Positions 52,315 to 62,952 of a DNA stretch of 64,000 nt are shown one piece after another. The notes beneath the pieces are model-generated. The model was not told the origin of the DNA and made no database searches. It worked only from the letters and a program-made list of their open reading frames with translations. Location: the NCBI GenBank assembly GCA_963707385.1, contig CAVPPK010000006.1, positions 262,676-326,675 of the forward strand. The letters run 5' to 3'. The DNA comes from an uncultured bacterium (GTDB lineage: Bacteria; Actinomycetota; Actinomycetes; S36-B12). A program made the position numbers and the translations under genes. How positions within the stretch are numbered: the stretch's first letter is position 1; each line of letters begins with the position of its first letter.

Positions 52315-52624
52315 ATGACCACCACCACGTTCGATCCCGCCGCCTATAAGAGGACGACCCTGGCGCAATGGGAGGCTGCTGCCGAGGCCTGGGACCGCTG
52401 GGGACCGGCCATCGAGGACTGGCTCGGGCAGGCGACAGAGGTGATGCTGGACGGGGCCGCAATCACCACCGGCAGCAGGGTCCTCGACGTCGCTGCAGGT
52501 GCGGGAGGGCAGACTCTGGCGGCTGCCGAACGGGTCGGTCCCGTCTGGACACGTGCTTGCCACCGACATCTCGCCGACGATTCTGGAGTATGCCGCGCGG
52601 GCAGCGGCACGAGCAGGGCTCCCG
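52315..52624 (+). pseudogene. Truncated 5' part of SAM-dependent methyltransferase, cut by the duplication junction
   Basis: Matches 54004-54312, then switches to the end of the hydrolase gene. Confidence 0.88.
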
Positions 52625-52749
52625 GGGCATTGGGCACTAAGTGCCGAGAGGGAGTCAGACGGTTCGGTAGCATGGACTCTTCGTCGTGACCGGGCTCACG
52701 GGTCTGCCATGTCCGGGCCACACACCGATTCGCCCAGGAAGGGGCCGAG

Positions 52750-53118
52750 ATGTCGATGCGCGTCCGCTACGTCGTCCTCTATGTCGATGACGCGGAGGCA
52801 TGCCGCCGGTTCTGGATCGAGCAGGTGGGAATGGTCGAGAAGGACCGCAATGAGTTCGGCGACTTCTCAGTGGTCCAGGTCGGCTTCGCTGATCAGGAGT
52901 TCGCCTTCGAGCTCGTCCCCCTTGCGTTGATGGCCGACAACCCCGACGGCCTCGATCTCGCGACCCCGTCAATCGCCCTGCATGTGGATGACCTCGAGTC
53001 GGCACGAGCGCGCCTCATCGACCGCGGCGTCACGGCGATGGAGATCGGCGAGCACAGCGGCGTGAGGAGCTTCGCCTTCAGCGACCCTGAGGGTCGCTGG
53101 TTTGCCGTTACGAGCTGA
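52750..53118 (+). CDS. VOC family protein, copy 2
   Basis: Protein identical to copy 1. Confidence 0.87.
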   Translation: MSMRVRYVVLYVDDAEACRRFWIEQVGMVEKDRNEFGDFSVVQVGFADQEFAFELVPLALMADNPDGLDLATPSIALHVDDLESARARLIDRGVTAMEIGEHSGVRSFAFSDPEGRWFAVTS

Positions 53119-53179
53119 CCGTCGGGCGGTGACTGCGCCTGCTCCACCAGTCGCTCGATTGCGAGGTGGCGAGCCGGGC

Positions 53180-53864
53180 TCAGCCAGCGCCGATCCGGAG
53201 GCGGACTGCCGGAGCGAAGGGACTCCACAGGAACCAGCCGGGGAACTGGCGGACAAGCCCGGGTTGTCCTGCCACCTCGATCGACCCCGATGCTCGTGCC
53301 TCGCGCAGGCTGACGATGCCGGAGAAGACACGCATCAGCACCACCGGTTCCGTGGTCACGGTGACGTCGCTGTCGAAACCGGGATGGCTGGTGCACACGG
53401 AGGGCTCACCGCGATCCAGGACCAGCCAGATCCGGGTGGCGTCGATGCCGGTGTAGACGAACTCCACGACCACACGTCGGGGCGGAAGCCGATCGGTGTC
53501 GAGTCGTCGCGACATCCACCAGGTCAGCGACACGGGATCGACCTCGCGTGGCTCCGGCTCGGCGAACATCCAGCGCACGGCCCACTCGCCGAAGGCCATG
53601 ATCACCGATTCCAGGTCGCGCCCGGCCTCGGTCAGGTGATACTCGTGGCCGCCCTTGACCGGCTCCCGTGTCCAGGACACCGCGCCGCTCGAGGTGCAGC
53701 AGCCGTTGCAGCAGCACCGTCCGGGAGATGCCTGGCAGGCCACGGGCGATGTCGTTGAACCGGTGGCTGCCCAGGACGAGCTCGCGGACGATGAGCGGGG
53801 TCCACCGGTCCGCGAGAACTTCGCTCGCGAGCGCCACCGGGCAGTACTGGTTGTAGTCGCGCAT
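53180..53864 (-). CDS. HxlR family regulator with SCP2-like domain, copy 2, frameshift near 53670
   Basis: Same motifs as copy 1, frame break at the same position. Confidence 0.83.
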
Positions 53865-54003
53865 ACCGACAGTGTCCGGCGGGTCGGGCCACGAGTCCAG
53901 TACGGAATCACTACCGGCTTGGTCCATTCCGCGCACTGGTCGGTCAGACGTGCAGTCGGTGTACTCGAAGTATCGACATCGCATCACGACCTGAGGAGCC
54001 CCG

Positions 54004-54864
54004 ATGACCACCACCACGTTCGATCCCGCCGCCTATAAGAGGACGACCCTCGCGCAATGGGAGGCTGCTGCCGAGGCCTGGGACCGCTGGGGACCGGCCA
54101 TCGAGGACTGGCTCGGGCAGGCGACAGAGGTGATGCTGGACGGGGCCGCAATCACCACCGGCAGCCGGGTCCTCGACGTCGCTGCAGGCGCGGGAGGGCA
54201 GACTCTGGCGGCTGCCGAACGGGTCGGGCCGTCTGGACACGTGCTTGCCACCGACATCTCGCCGACGATTCTGGAGTATGCCGCGCGGGCAGCGGCACGA
54301 GCAGGGCTCCCGCAGGTGCACACGCTGGAGGCGGACGGTGAGGACCTCTCCGCGGTCGAGCCGTCGTCGTACGACGCGGTGATCTCACGTGTCGGGCTCA
54401 TCTACTTCCCGAACCAGAGCGCCGCGCTGGAGTCCATGTGCCGAGTGCTTCGACCCGGTGGTCGGCTCTCCGCCGTCGTCTACTCCACGGCTGACCGCAA
54501 CGAGTTCTTCTCGCTCCCGGTCGGGATCATCCGCCGCATTGCTCAGCTTCCCCCGCCGCTGCCGGGGCAGCCTGGACCGTTCAGCCTGGGCGCCCCGGGT
54601 GTCGCTGAGGCGGCGTTCCGGGCGGTGGGGCTGCGTGACGTCACAATCACCGTGGTGCCATCACCGGTGAGGATGTCCAGCGCGGCGGACTGCGTACGGT
54701 TCGAGCGGGAGTCCTTTGGCGCACTTCACCAGATGCTCGTTGGTGTCGACCCTGCTGGACAGGCCGCCGCGTGGCAGGAGGTCACCGACGAGCTGAGCAG
54801 GTTCGAGGGTCCGAACGGGTTTGTCGGGCCGTGCGAGATGCTGGTCGTGACCGGCGTGAAGTGA
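54004..54864 (+). CDS. Class I SAM-dependent methyltransferase (UbiE-like)
   Basis: VLDVAAGAG, ATDIS, YDAVISRVGL, RVLRPGGR. Confidence 0.9.
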   Translation: MTTTTFDPAAYKRTTLAQWEAAAEAWDRWGPAIEDWLGQATEVMLDGAAITTGSRVLDVAAGAGGQTLAAAERVGPSGHVLATDISPTILEYAARAAARAGLPQVHTLEADGEDLSAVEPSSYDAVISRVGLIYFPNQSAALESMCRVLRPGGRLSAVVYSTADRNEFFSLPVGIIRRIAQLPPPLPGQPGPFSLGAPGVAEAAFRAVGLRDVTITVVPSPVRMSSAADCVRFERESFGALHQMLVGVDPAGQAAAWQEVTDELSRFEGPNGFVGPCEMLVVTGVK

Positions 54865-54918
54865 CGCGTGGAGGCCTCCGACTTCGCGCTGGCCGGGGCG
54901 CGCAGACCGTGCGAACGA

Positions 54919-57900
54919 TCACTGCTGCAACGTCGGGTGCTGAGCCGTCTCGACGAATGAGCACAGAGTGGAGATCAGGCGCATGTCCGAAACGTCGCGA
55001 GCACGGGTGTTGAGCAGGTCCTCGGTGCACACGAGGTAGGCCAGGCACCGCGCGCGGCTGATCGCGACATTCAGCCGATTGCGGGAGAAGAGGAAGTCCG
55101 TGCCGCGGGAGATCTCGGCGCTGGACGAAGCCGTCATGGTGAAGAACACGACGGCTGCTTGTCGGCCCTGGAACTTGTCAACCGTTCCGACGGGCACTCC
55201 ACGCGTCAACGGATCGGCGTCGAGGTGCTCGCGCAGGAGATTCACCTGGTTGTTGTAGGGGGCGACGACCATGAAGTCGTGCGCGGTCAGGGGACGGGAA
55301 TCGCCGTCCGCGTTCGTCCATGGCGTACCCATCAGCCGCCCGATCTCCGTGCGGACCAGGTCGGCCTCCTCGGGCGCCAGAGAGGTTCGTCCCGCGTGCT
55401 CGGCCCGTATCCACCGAAGTCCGGTGCCGAACTGGGTGCCTTGCGCCTCGCAGCTCGCGTGGCTCGTGAGCCGGCCCTGGTAGATCTCGTCCGAGATGAA
55501 CGAGCACACATCCGGGTGCATCCGGCGGGTCTCCTGAATGAACACCCCGCGGTCCGACGGGATTGTCACGTCGTCGCCCAGCACGTGCTCGAGCACGCTG
55601 AGGCCGCTGCCTCCGGGATGCGCAGCCTGGGACACTTGAGGCAGTTGGAGAGGATCGCCGAGAAGCACGAGGTTGCGGGCGGAGCGTGAGGCCGCCAAGG
55701 CATCGGCCAAGCCAAGCTGGCCTGCCTCATCAACGAGCAGGACGTCCACGGGAGCCGATGCCAGGTCGTCGCCGGAGAACAGCCATGTCGTTCCCGCCAC
55801 CACGTTGAAGTCCACATTCGCGCAGGCGGGATTGGTGGACGCGTAGGTGACGTTCGGCAGAGCGCCTGTTGGCGGCTGGCTGCCCCTTCGTATGGCGTTG
55901 AGGAGGTCGAGTTCGCCCTCGGAGTCGAGTACGGCGGTGACCTCGGCGAGGACGTTGTCGATCGCGCTATGGCTGAACGCCGTGATTCCCACGCGCATGC
56001 CCGCACGCAGCAGCGCCAGCACGAGGTGTGCTGCTCGGAAGGTCTTGCCGGTTCCCGGGGGGCCTTGGATCGCGACGAAACTGCCGTCGAGCTGCGCCGC
56101 CCAGGCGGTCATCTCGTCCAGGTCGTCGCTGAAGATGCCTCCGGGAGGTCCTCCTCCAAGCACGAAGGACGGCTTGTCGCGGCGCAGCAAGGCCAGCGAG
56201 GCCGGATTGGGCGGCGGTCCGGTCGCGTCGAGGACTCGCGCCGCGAACTCCGACAGCGCTGCGGGCTTTGGCCGAGGCGATACCCAGTCGTTTCGGATGA
56301 CGGCCGTCGGGACTGGGCGGGGTTCGTCGTCATCGCTTTGCCGACCACATCAGGTCCAGAACTCCGGCGTCGACGTCCAGTGCGGCAATGCTGCTGTAGT
56401 GCGGGGATCCGTCTGGCCCTGCATACAGGACGTTGTCGTCCCCTCGGAACTCCGCGGCGTCCTGCGGTGGTATCGAGAACCGCATCGCGGGGATCTTCAG
56501 CACCTTGCCCGTCACTCCGAGCCGGTCGACGAGGCCGACCGGGACCAGGCCCGCAAGGGCGTCGGGCTGGTCGAGGAGCGCTGCGTGATCGCCTTGACTC
56601 ATGACGAGCCGCGGGGCGAGGTGCGCGAGCCACTCGCGCCTCCAGTAGCCGAGGACGTCACCGAGCAGGTGCTCGGGCGTGCCAGCGCCGAATGCATGCA
56701 AGGCGGCGACCTGCTCGTCGAGCTCAGGGGCGTCGGCCTCGACGAGGATCTCCACCGAACGCCACGGCAGGCTCGAGGGCCGGTTGGCGACCAGCCAGTC
56801 CCGCAAGGCCCTCGTGGCACGGACGTCGTCCTCGTTGTAGGCCGCGATCTGGTGGAGCTCCGACTCATCGCCGGTCGCCATGTAGGTCTCGTAGCTCACC
56901 ACGGCGCCGGCGCCGGCGTCGATGTCGTGGCCACGCTGGTAGTCGGTGAGCCTCTCCAGCGACTTGAGGCCGTAGGACTCGGTCCCGACCTGCATGGCGT
57001 TACGTGCCACGGCGAACAGGTCGACGAAGCGCCCGGTCGCCACCATCGAGCGCAGGGTCACCTCGCCGATACCGTGCGTGCTGACCAGGCGCTCCAGGGA
57101 TGAGCGCTCGGTGTGGTTGTAGTGGTAGACGTGCATGCCGGGGAAGGCGGACCTGCGGTCGTCGAGGTAGTCGATCAGCGCCTCCACGGCTGCCATCTCC
57201 TGCTCGAGATCGTGCGCCCACCACGCGACATACGTCCACTCGCCGCTGTCGTCCTGCGCGATCAGCCCGAACAGGAAGAACAGTCCCTCGCTGGGGGTCC
57301 AGAACGGGTGACCCTCGAAGTCCAGGAACACATCGCCCGCGTCCGGCTCGGGAAGCTGCTCCATCCCCCTGCCCCACGTCGGGTCGTCACCTGCCTCGAT
57401 CATGCGGAACGGCGGTGGCACGGAGTCGCCGGCGAGCCGCGCCTCAACCTGCAGAGCCGCCTGCCCCACGAGGCGTTCGAGCCGGCCTGGATCGATGCCA
57501 TCGACGGAGTTCGCTCCCTCAGCGAGGTCAGCCAGTGTCGCGAGCCCGACAGCCTCGAGGAGCTCGCGATCGGGGCTGCGCAGGCCGGCGAGGTAGATCA
57601 GCGAATCAGCCGAACGCCACTGCTCGGTACAGACCGCCGCGAACTCGCAGAACCCGCAATGACCGCAGGGCTCAGGCGTCGTGAGGCCTCCTTCGTCGTC
57701 GGAAGCCAGCACCGACGCAAGCTGAGTGCGGATCCGGCGCCAGTAGGGCGCAAACGCCCCCACATCCAGCGTCTCGAGACGTCCCGACCCCAGCCACAGG
57801 TGCATACGACCGGGCCGTTGTCCCGTCAGCTGCTCGATGGCGTCGGCGTAGAAGCACAGCTGCAGGATGTGCCCGGGCTTCGCGTCAATCCGAGCGAGCT

Positions 57901-58297
57901 TCGCATCAACGGGCTCATAGGACGTCGAGCCGTCCGGAAGGTCGACGCGGACAAGGAAGTCCGCGATGCCGCGAACGCCCTGATGGACGAACGGCATCTG
58001 GTAGATCACGTCGTAGCCCTGATCCAGAGGGTTGCCGACCCGGCTCACCCAGGCCGCGAAGGACTCTCCTCGTTCCCTGTCGGGGATCCGCAGGACGGTC
58101 AGACCATCTGCGAGGTAGGTGTCCAGGCATTCCGTCTCGTGCTGAAGGCCCTTGTCCGCCAGGAGCCGAGCGAAGGACCCGAATGCGGTTTCGGGAGCGG
58201 CAATCGCGCCGTCTTCGACCTGGTGCTTCAACGAGAGGTAGTGCGCGCAGTCAAGCCAGGCGGTGATCTTCGATGGCGTGAGCAGACGTTCAGCCAT
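54919..58297 (-). CDS. TM0106 family RecB-like nuclease fused to RNase H-like domain and SF1 (Upf1/Dna2-like) helicase, frameshift near 56320
   Basis: LDC..GIADFL..YEPVDAK..QLCFY..HCGFCEFAAVC; FLDFEG..YHY..LKSLE..YNEDDV; QGPPGTGKT, DEAGQ, GDPLQL, GTVDKFQG, NVAISRAR. Confidence 0.9.
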
Positions 58298-58404
58298 CCG
58301 CTGCCCTCCCCAAACATCGTCTCCCCGGGAGACCGTATCGCGAGACCGACGACCGTCCGACTTGCAGCCGACCTGCCCTGGGATGAGTGCCTCACGCGTG
58401 CGAG

Positions 58405-59022
58405 TCAGGTGGAGAGCGCCCTGACCGCGAGGTCGGCGACCTCGGTCGGATCGATCGCGCCGCCTTGGTGACGGAGCTGGAGGGCGGCATAGACGAGGCC
58501 CATGATGGCCGCGACGGCGAACGTGGGGTCGATCTCCCTGAACTCGGAAGCGTCGATGCCTTCTTGGACAAGCCTTGCCACGGCGGATCGCCATTGGGCG
58601 GCCTTCTTGCCGACGGCTGGATGTCGCTTCGAGTCGGCTTGCGAAGGGCCAACGACGAACCACAGGTCATACGGCCCGGTTGTGAGCCGATCCACGTGCT
58701 GGGTGATGAGAGCCCGCAACCGCTCGGTGCACGGGCCGGACTGTCGTGCAGCGGCCGTGGCGAACGCTGCGGAGTCCTCGACCACATACGTCAGGAGGGC
58801 TTCGACGATCGCGTCGATGTTCTCGAAGTGGTAGTAGACGCTGGACGATGAAACGCCGACGGCCTCGGCAATGGTCGTGATCCGGGTTCCGGCAACGCCG
58901 TCGGTAGAGAACAGTCGGGCGGCCTCACGCAGGATCTCCTCCCGCGGCTCGAGACCAGACGTGGGTGCCACCCGTCGTGGCCGTCCGCGTCGGCCCGCGG
59001 GCTCGGATCCTTTCGGGCTCAC
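58405..59022 (-). CDS. TetR/AcrR family regulator
   Basis: RRGRPR..EILREAARLF..G..GT..IAEAVGVSSSSVYYHF; GTGA overlap with the upstream gene. Confidence 0.88.
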   Translation of the reverse strand: MSPKGSEPAGRRGRPRRVAPTSGLEPREEILREAARLFSTDGVAGTRITTIAEAVGVSSSSVYYHFENIDAIVEALLTYVVEDSAAFATAAARQSGPCTERLRALITQHVDRLTTGPYDLWFVVGPSQADSKRHPAVGKKAAQWRSAVARLVQEGIDASEFREIDPTFAVAAIMGLVYAALQLRHQGGAIDPTEVADLAVRALST

Positions 59023-60090
59023 TCGACAGCCAATGCGTTCGTGAGCCCCTCGACGACCATCGACCAGCCGCGATCGACGATGCGCTCGAAGACGTTGACG
59101 GCGTCGGCCGTGACTGTTGCGCACGGATACCAATCGAGGCGACAGTGCTGGCTGTCGATGGACCGGACCTCGTACCGGCAGCTGTAGGCCAGGATCGCCT
59201 CGGGCAGACCACTGTCGATTACGAGGTTCAGCATCCTCTCCTCAGGCCGGTAGTCGAGGAGCCTCTCCACTACGACAGACCCGTCGTTGCGGGTCAGGGC
59301 GCGTGTCATTCCGATGCGAAGCTCGCTGCTGACGGCGCATGCCGTGAATCCGCCGGGCCACCAATCGAGGATCCTGTCGAACTGGCCGATGACGCTCCAC
59401 AGCTGGTCCGCGGGAACCTCGAACGTGTGACTGCGTGCGTCTGTGACATGGACGATGCCACTCGTCGGCCACGGGGACTCGATGAGCAGTCGCTCCTGCA
59501 TCGTGTGACGACTCAATCGCTCCAGGTCGACGAACTGTGCGGCGTCGTGGTGGATCACGTGATCGCCGACCGAGCCGTCGGTGAAGCGGTCGGCGAGGTC
59601 TTCGGCCTGCGGCCACTGGGTCAGGGTGATCCCGCTGATGTCCTCACCGCGAATCGTGCAGGTCACGAAGATCTGCGTGTAGTCCGCCATCCCCAGGTGA
59701 TGGCGCAGCGCTCGAGGTGCATGCTCGCGCTCCCAGTACCGGTTGAAGTCGTCGGCGCTGAGTCCCGGCTGGGCCTGGATCAGGTAGAGGCGCGTGACGC
59801 CCGGGGTCGTGGTTCCAAGCTCCCACGTTCGACGGAACCGTCGGACTCGCCGACTGGCCACCTCATATGAGCGCGACGTCGGCCTGGTCATCCACGGCGG
59901 ACGTCAAGGCGCGGACGTCGCCGACCGCATGGACGACGCAAGGCTCGTCGCCGTTGCCGAGGTAGATGGCGAGACCCTGCGGGCTGCAGGCGACGGCAGC
60001 CTCAGCTGCCGCCTCTGCCCCCGCGTGGGTTGAGCAGATCGCGACGACTCCGCGGTCGCCATCTACAGAGGCACCCCGTGACACGGTCAT
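59019..60090 (-). CDS. EthD-like domain fused to SRPBCC (polyketide cyclase-like) domain, frameshift near 59890
   Basis: GLSADDFNRYWEREHAP..Y.Q..DAAQFVDL (EthD), then PADQLWSVIGQF..WWPG..G.TR..VVERL (SRPBCC); ATGA overlap with the upstream kinase. Confidence 0.72.
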
Positions 60091-62855
60091 CGCGGCTCCG
60101 CCTCCTCCGGCTCGTGGATCTTGACCCTCCCGGTCCGTCCGTCGACGGTGATGATCGCACCGTCGGGAATGAGATCGCAGGCGCGGGCGAGGTTGGCGAC
60201 GCAGGGCAGGCCGTACTCGCGGGAGATCATGACCGCGTGCGCGACGACGCCACCGGTCTCGACGACGACCGCCGCGATCATGGAGAACACCGTCGTCCAG
60301 CCGGGGTCGGTGGCGACGGTGACGAGGATGTCGCCGCGCCGAATGTCCGCGATCTCCGACGAGTTCGCGGCACACGCGGGCGCGTCCGGTGACGACGCCA
60401 CTGCTGGCCCCGATCCCCTGCAGGTCGGCGTCGTCGCCCAGCTGATCGTCGTCGAAGGTCTGCCAGCCGCGAAGGAACTTCGGGGGCTCGGTCCGTGAGT
60501 ACTTCTCGTACACGCGGCGCCGGGCGCGAACCCGGATCGCGATCTGCCGGGCGGTGAGCTAGCCCGCGTCCGCCGCGAGCATCTCCTGGCGCCCGAGGAA
60601 GAAGATGTCGTCGACGTCGGTCAGGAGACCCCCGGCGATGAAGCGACGAGCGATCGCCTCGTAGAGGTCGCGGGACCGCGACATCGTCTTGTCGTTGTAG
60701 AAGCGCTCGAAGTCCGCGGTAGTACATGTAGTCCTGAACCAGCGCGAGGAACCACAGGAAGAAGGGCGTCTGGAGCTCGCCGAGCGGCTGCCGACGGAGT
60801 TGCTCCTCGAGCCTCGGCCTCGTGGCGAGCATGCAGCTCGCGCATGCGCTCCTCGCGCAGTTCGGGAGACTCGGTCGTCGTCGAGGGCGAGCAGCGGGCG
60901 GATGCACCTGGAAGACGCAGGCCGGGATCGTGACGCCAGCGTGGGTGGTAGGCGTCTCGCTCGGCTCCGCCGCGGTGACCGTGCCTGGCCAGGAACTGCT
61001 CGAGTCCGCGTCGGAACTCACGGCCGTCATCGTCGTCGTCGAGCGCGGCGAGCACCTCGTCGCCGCCTGGATGACTCGACCAGGTCGCCGGAGCCGGGCC
61101 GACCTCCGGATGCGTTCGCGACAGTCGCCACAGCGCGATGTTCTCCTCGCCGGTCTTCGTCTGCACGCCCGCCACGAGCCGCTCGTAGATCGCGCCGTCC
61201 TCGTCGCCGAGCCAGCGCGCGCACAGGCATCTCAGGCACTGCGGCAGCATGAACAGGTAGATCGTGAACGGGAGGACGACGTTCTCGCCGAATCGCGAGC
61301 CCTGCCGTGACGCGATCTGGCCGGCGAAGATCTCCTCCACGGTCGCGCTGCTCGAGGTCGAAGCGCTCCCAGAAGGCGTCCTCCTCGTCCGTCCATCGCT
61401 CCAGGCCCTCGTAGATCACCTGGGTCGTCCCGAGCAGCGAGACGTCGTATCGCTCGCGGTGGCAGTCGCCAGAGCAGGGACATGAACTCGTCCCAGTCGA
61501 ACGGCATGTCCCGGATCGAGTCCGCTATCGGCCTTCGGGAACGGCCAGAGGGTCGCTTCGTCGCGGGCTTGGCGGAGGGATGAATCGACGAATGCGCTCC
61601 TGCTCGAAGGCGAGGTTGTAGTAGGCGCGGGCGCCGTACCACCGGAAGTACGGGAAGTCGAGGAAGGTTTCGGGTGTGTGGCCCGCGAACTCCTCGGTCC
61701 ACGTCAGCTCGCTGGGCTTTCGCCTTGAGGTTCGTCATTCCGCTTTGGAGGTAGGTGTAGAACGACGGCGTCGACGGCCCCGTCTGCACCTCGTCGGAGT
61801 AGGCGCGTGACCAGCGTCCAGCGCTCGTCGTACATGTCGGCGAGCGCCTTCGGCGTCTTCCACGCCTCCAGCTCGTGGCCGAAGTCGAGGTCGGCGCCGG
61901 TGATCTCGCGGGCCTGGAGGATGGCGAATCGCCCGTCCGCCCAGCCCCACTCGATGTCCTGGGGGAACCCGTAGTGGTCCTCGATGCGCTGGCCGATCGC
62001 GCACAGCTCGCGTACCAGGTCGTCGGGAAGGGCCTGCGCCAGGCGCAGGTCGGCCGGGACGGGGACGGTCGTCGAGCCCTGCCCCGACGGGTGAGGGACC
62101 GTCATCACCATCCTTGTCGGCGATGCGACGGTCGACGATCTCGAGTGTGCCCTTGTCGACGATGAGCTGATCGGGGTTGACGTGCCCGGAGACGACGGCC
62201 TCGCCCGAGGCCCCAGCTGGCGTTGAGGAAGAACTCGAACGGGTTGGACGTGACGGGGTTGGCGGTGAACAGCACGCCGGACACCTCGGACGGGAACATC
62301 TCCTGCACGACGACGGCGAGAAGGACGACTCGTGGTGCGAACCCCTGCGTGTGCCGGTACGACGATGGCGCGGTCGGTCCACAGCGATGCCCAGCACCGC
62401 TGCACGGCGTCGACGCACGTGCGTCCGCACCGGAGATGTGCAGGTAGGTGTCCTGCTGGCCGGCGAACGACGTGCCCGGCAGGTCCTCGGCGGTGGCGGA
62501 CGACCGGACGGACACCGCGTCCGCCGCCACGTGCTCGAGGCGGTCGTATGCGGCGGCGATCTCCTGCTCGATCTCCGGCAGGCATCGGCGCCGCCATGAT
62601 GCAGGTCCCGGATCCCGGCGGCGATCGCCTCGACGCTTCCGGGGACGTGTAGTCGACGCCTTCGAGCGCAGACTCGATCCGGGAGAGCAGGCCGTTCTCC
62701 TCGAGGTGCCGCCGGTAGGCACTGGTCGTCACGCAGAACGCCGCGGGAACCGGAACACCGGCGGCGACCAGTTCGCCGAGGTTGGCGCCCTTCCCGCCGA
62801 CCAGCGCCACGCTGTCCGCGTCGACATCCGTGAGGCTGCAGATGATCGGATCCAC
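60087..62855 (-). CDS. PEP-utilising enzyme (ATP-grasp, central substrate domain, His swivel); rifamycin phosphotransferase/PigC-like architecture; many frameshifts and one apparent stop
   Basis: VGGKGANLGEL, VRSSATAED..SFAGQQDT, AVVVQEM..SGVLFTANP, PQDIEW..ILQAREIT; LQGIGASSG, TDPGWT, ETGGVVAHAVMISREYGLP, ITVDG.TG.V. Confidence 0.85.
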
Positions 62856-62902
62856 GAGTGGTTCCCACTCTCGTCAGGGCAATCCGATCAACTGCTGGAC
62901 AA

Positions 62903-62922
62903 TATCAACATGACTGTAAATA
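62903..62922. promoter_or_regulatory. Imperfect palindrome TATCAACA-TGAC-TGTAAATA in the divergent promoter (possible TetR site)
   Basis: 6 of 8 bp symmetric, AT-rich, between the kinase and HAD starts. Confidence 0.4.
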
Positions 62923-62952
62923 ATGCGGGGGACGCTGTCAACGGAAGTGGGA

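Larger units (their letters stand above)
50935..54312. repeat. Tandem direct duplication of about 1.69 kb (50935-52624 and 52625-54312)
   Basis: Both units begin GGGCATTGGGCACTAAG and end GCAGGGCTCCCG; same VOC, HxlR and methyltransferase 5' content. Confidence 0.97.

Noticed and set aside
50935..54312. Duplication as a transposon or integrative element
   Set aside because: No transposase, integrase, terminal inverted repeats or att sites seen.
60559..60563. In-frame TAG in the kinase gene as recoding (pyrrolysine or readthrough)
   Set aside because: Lies in the most error-dense region, no pyl genes; a single miscalled base is more likely.
60087..62855. Calling the gene rph or ppsA
   Set aside because: Domain order excludes canonical PEP synthase, and I cannot verify rifamycin-binding residues in the frameshifted central domain.
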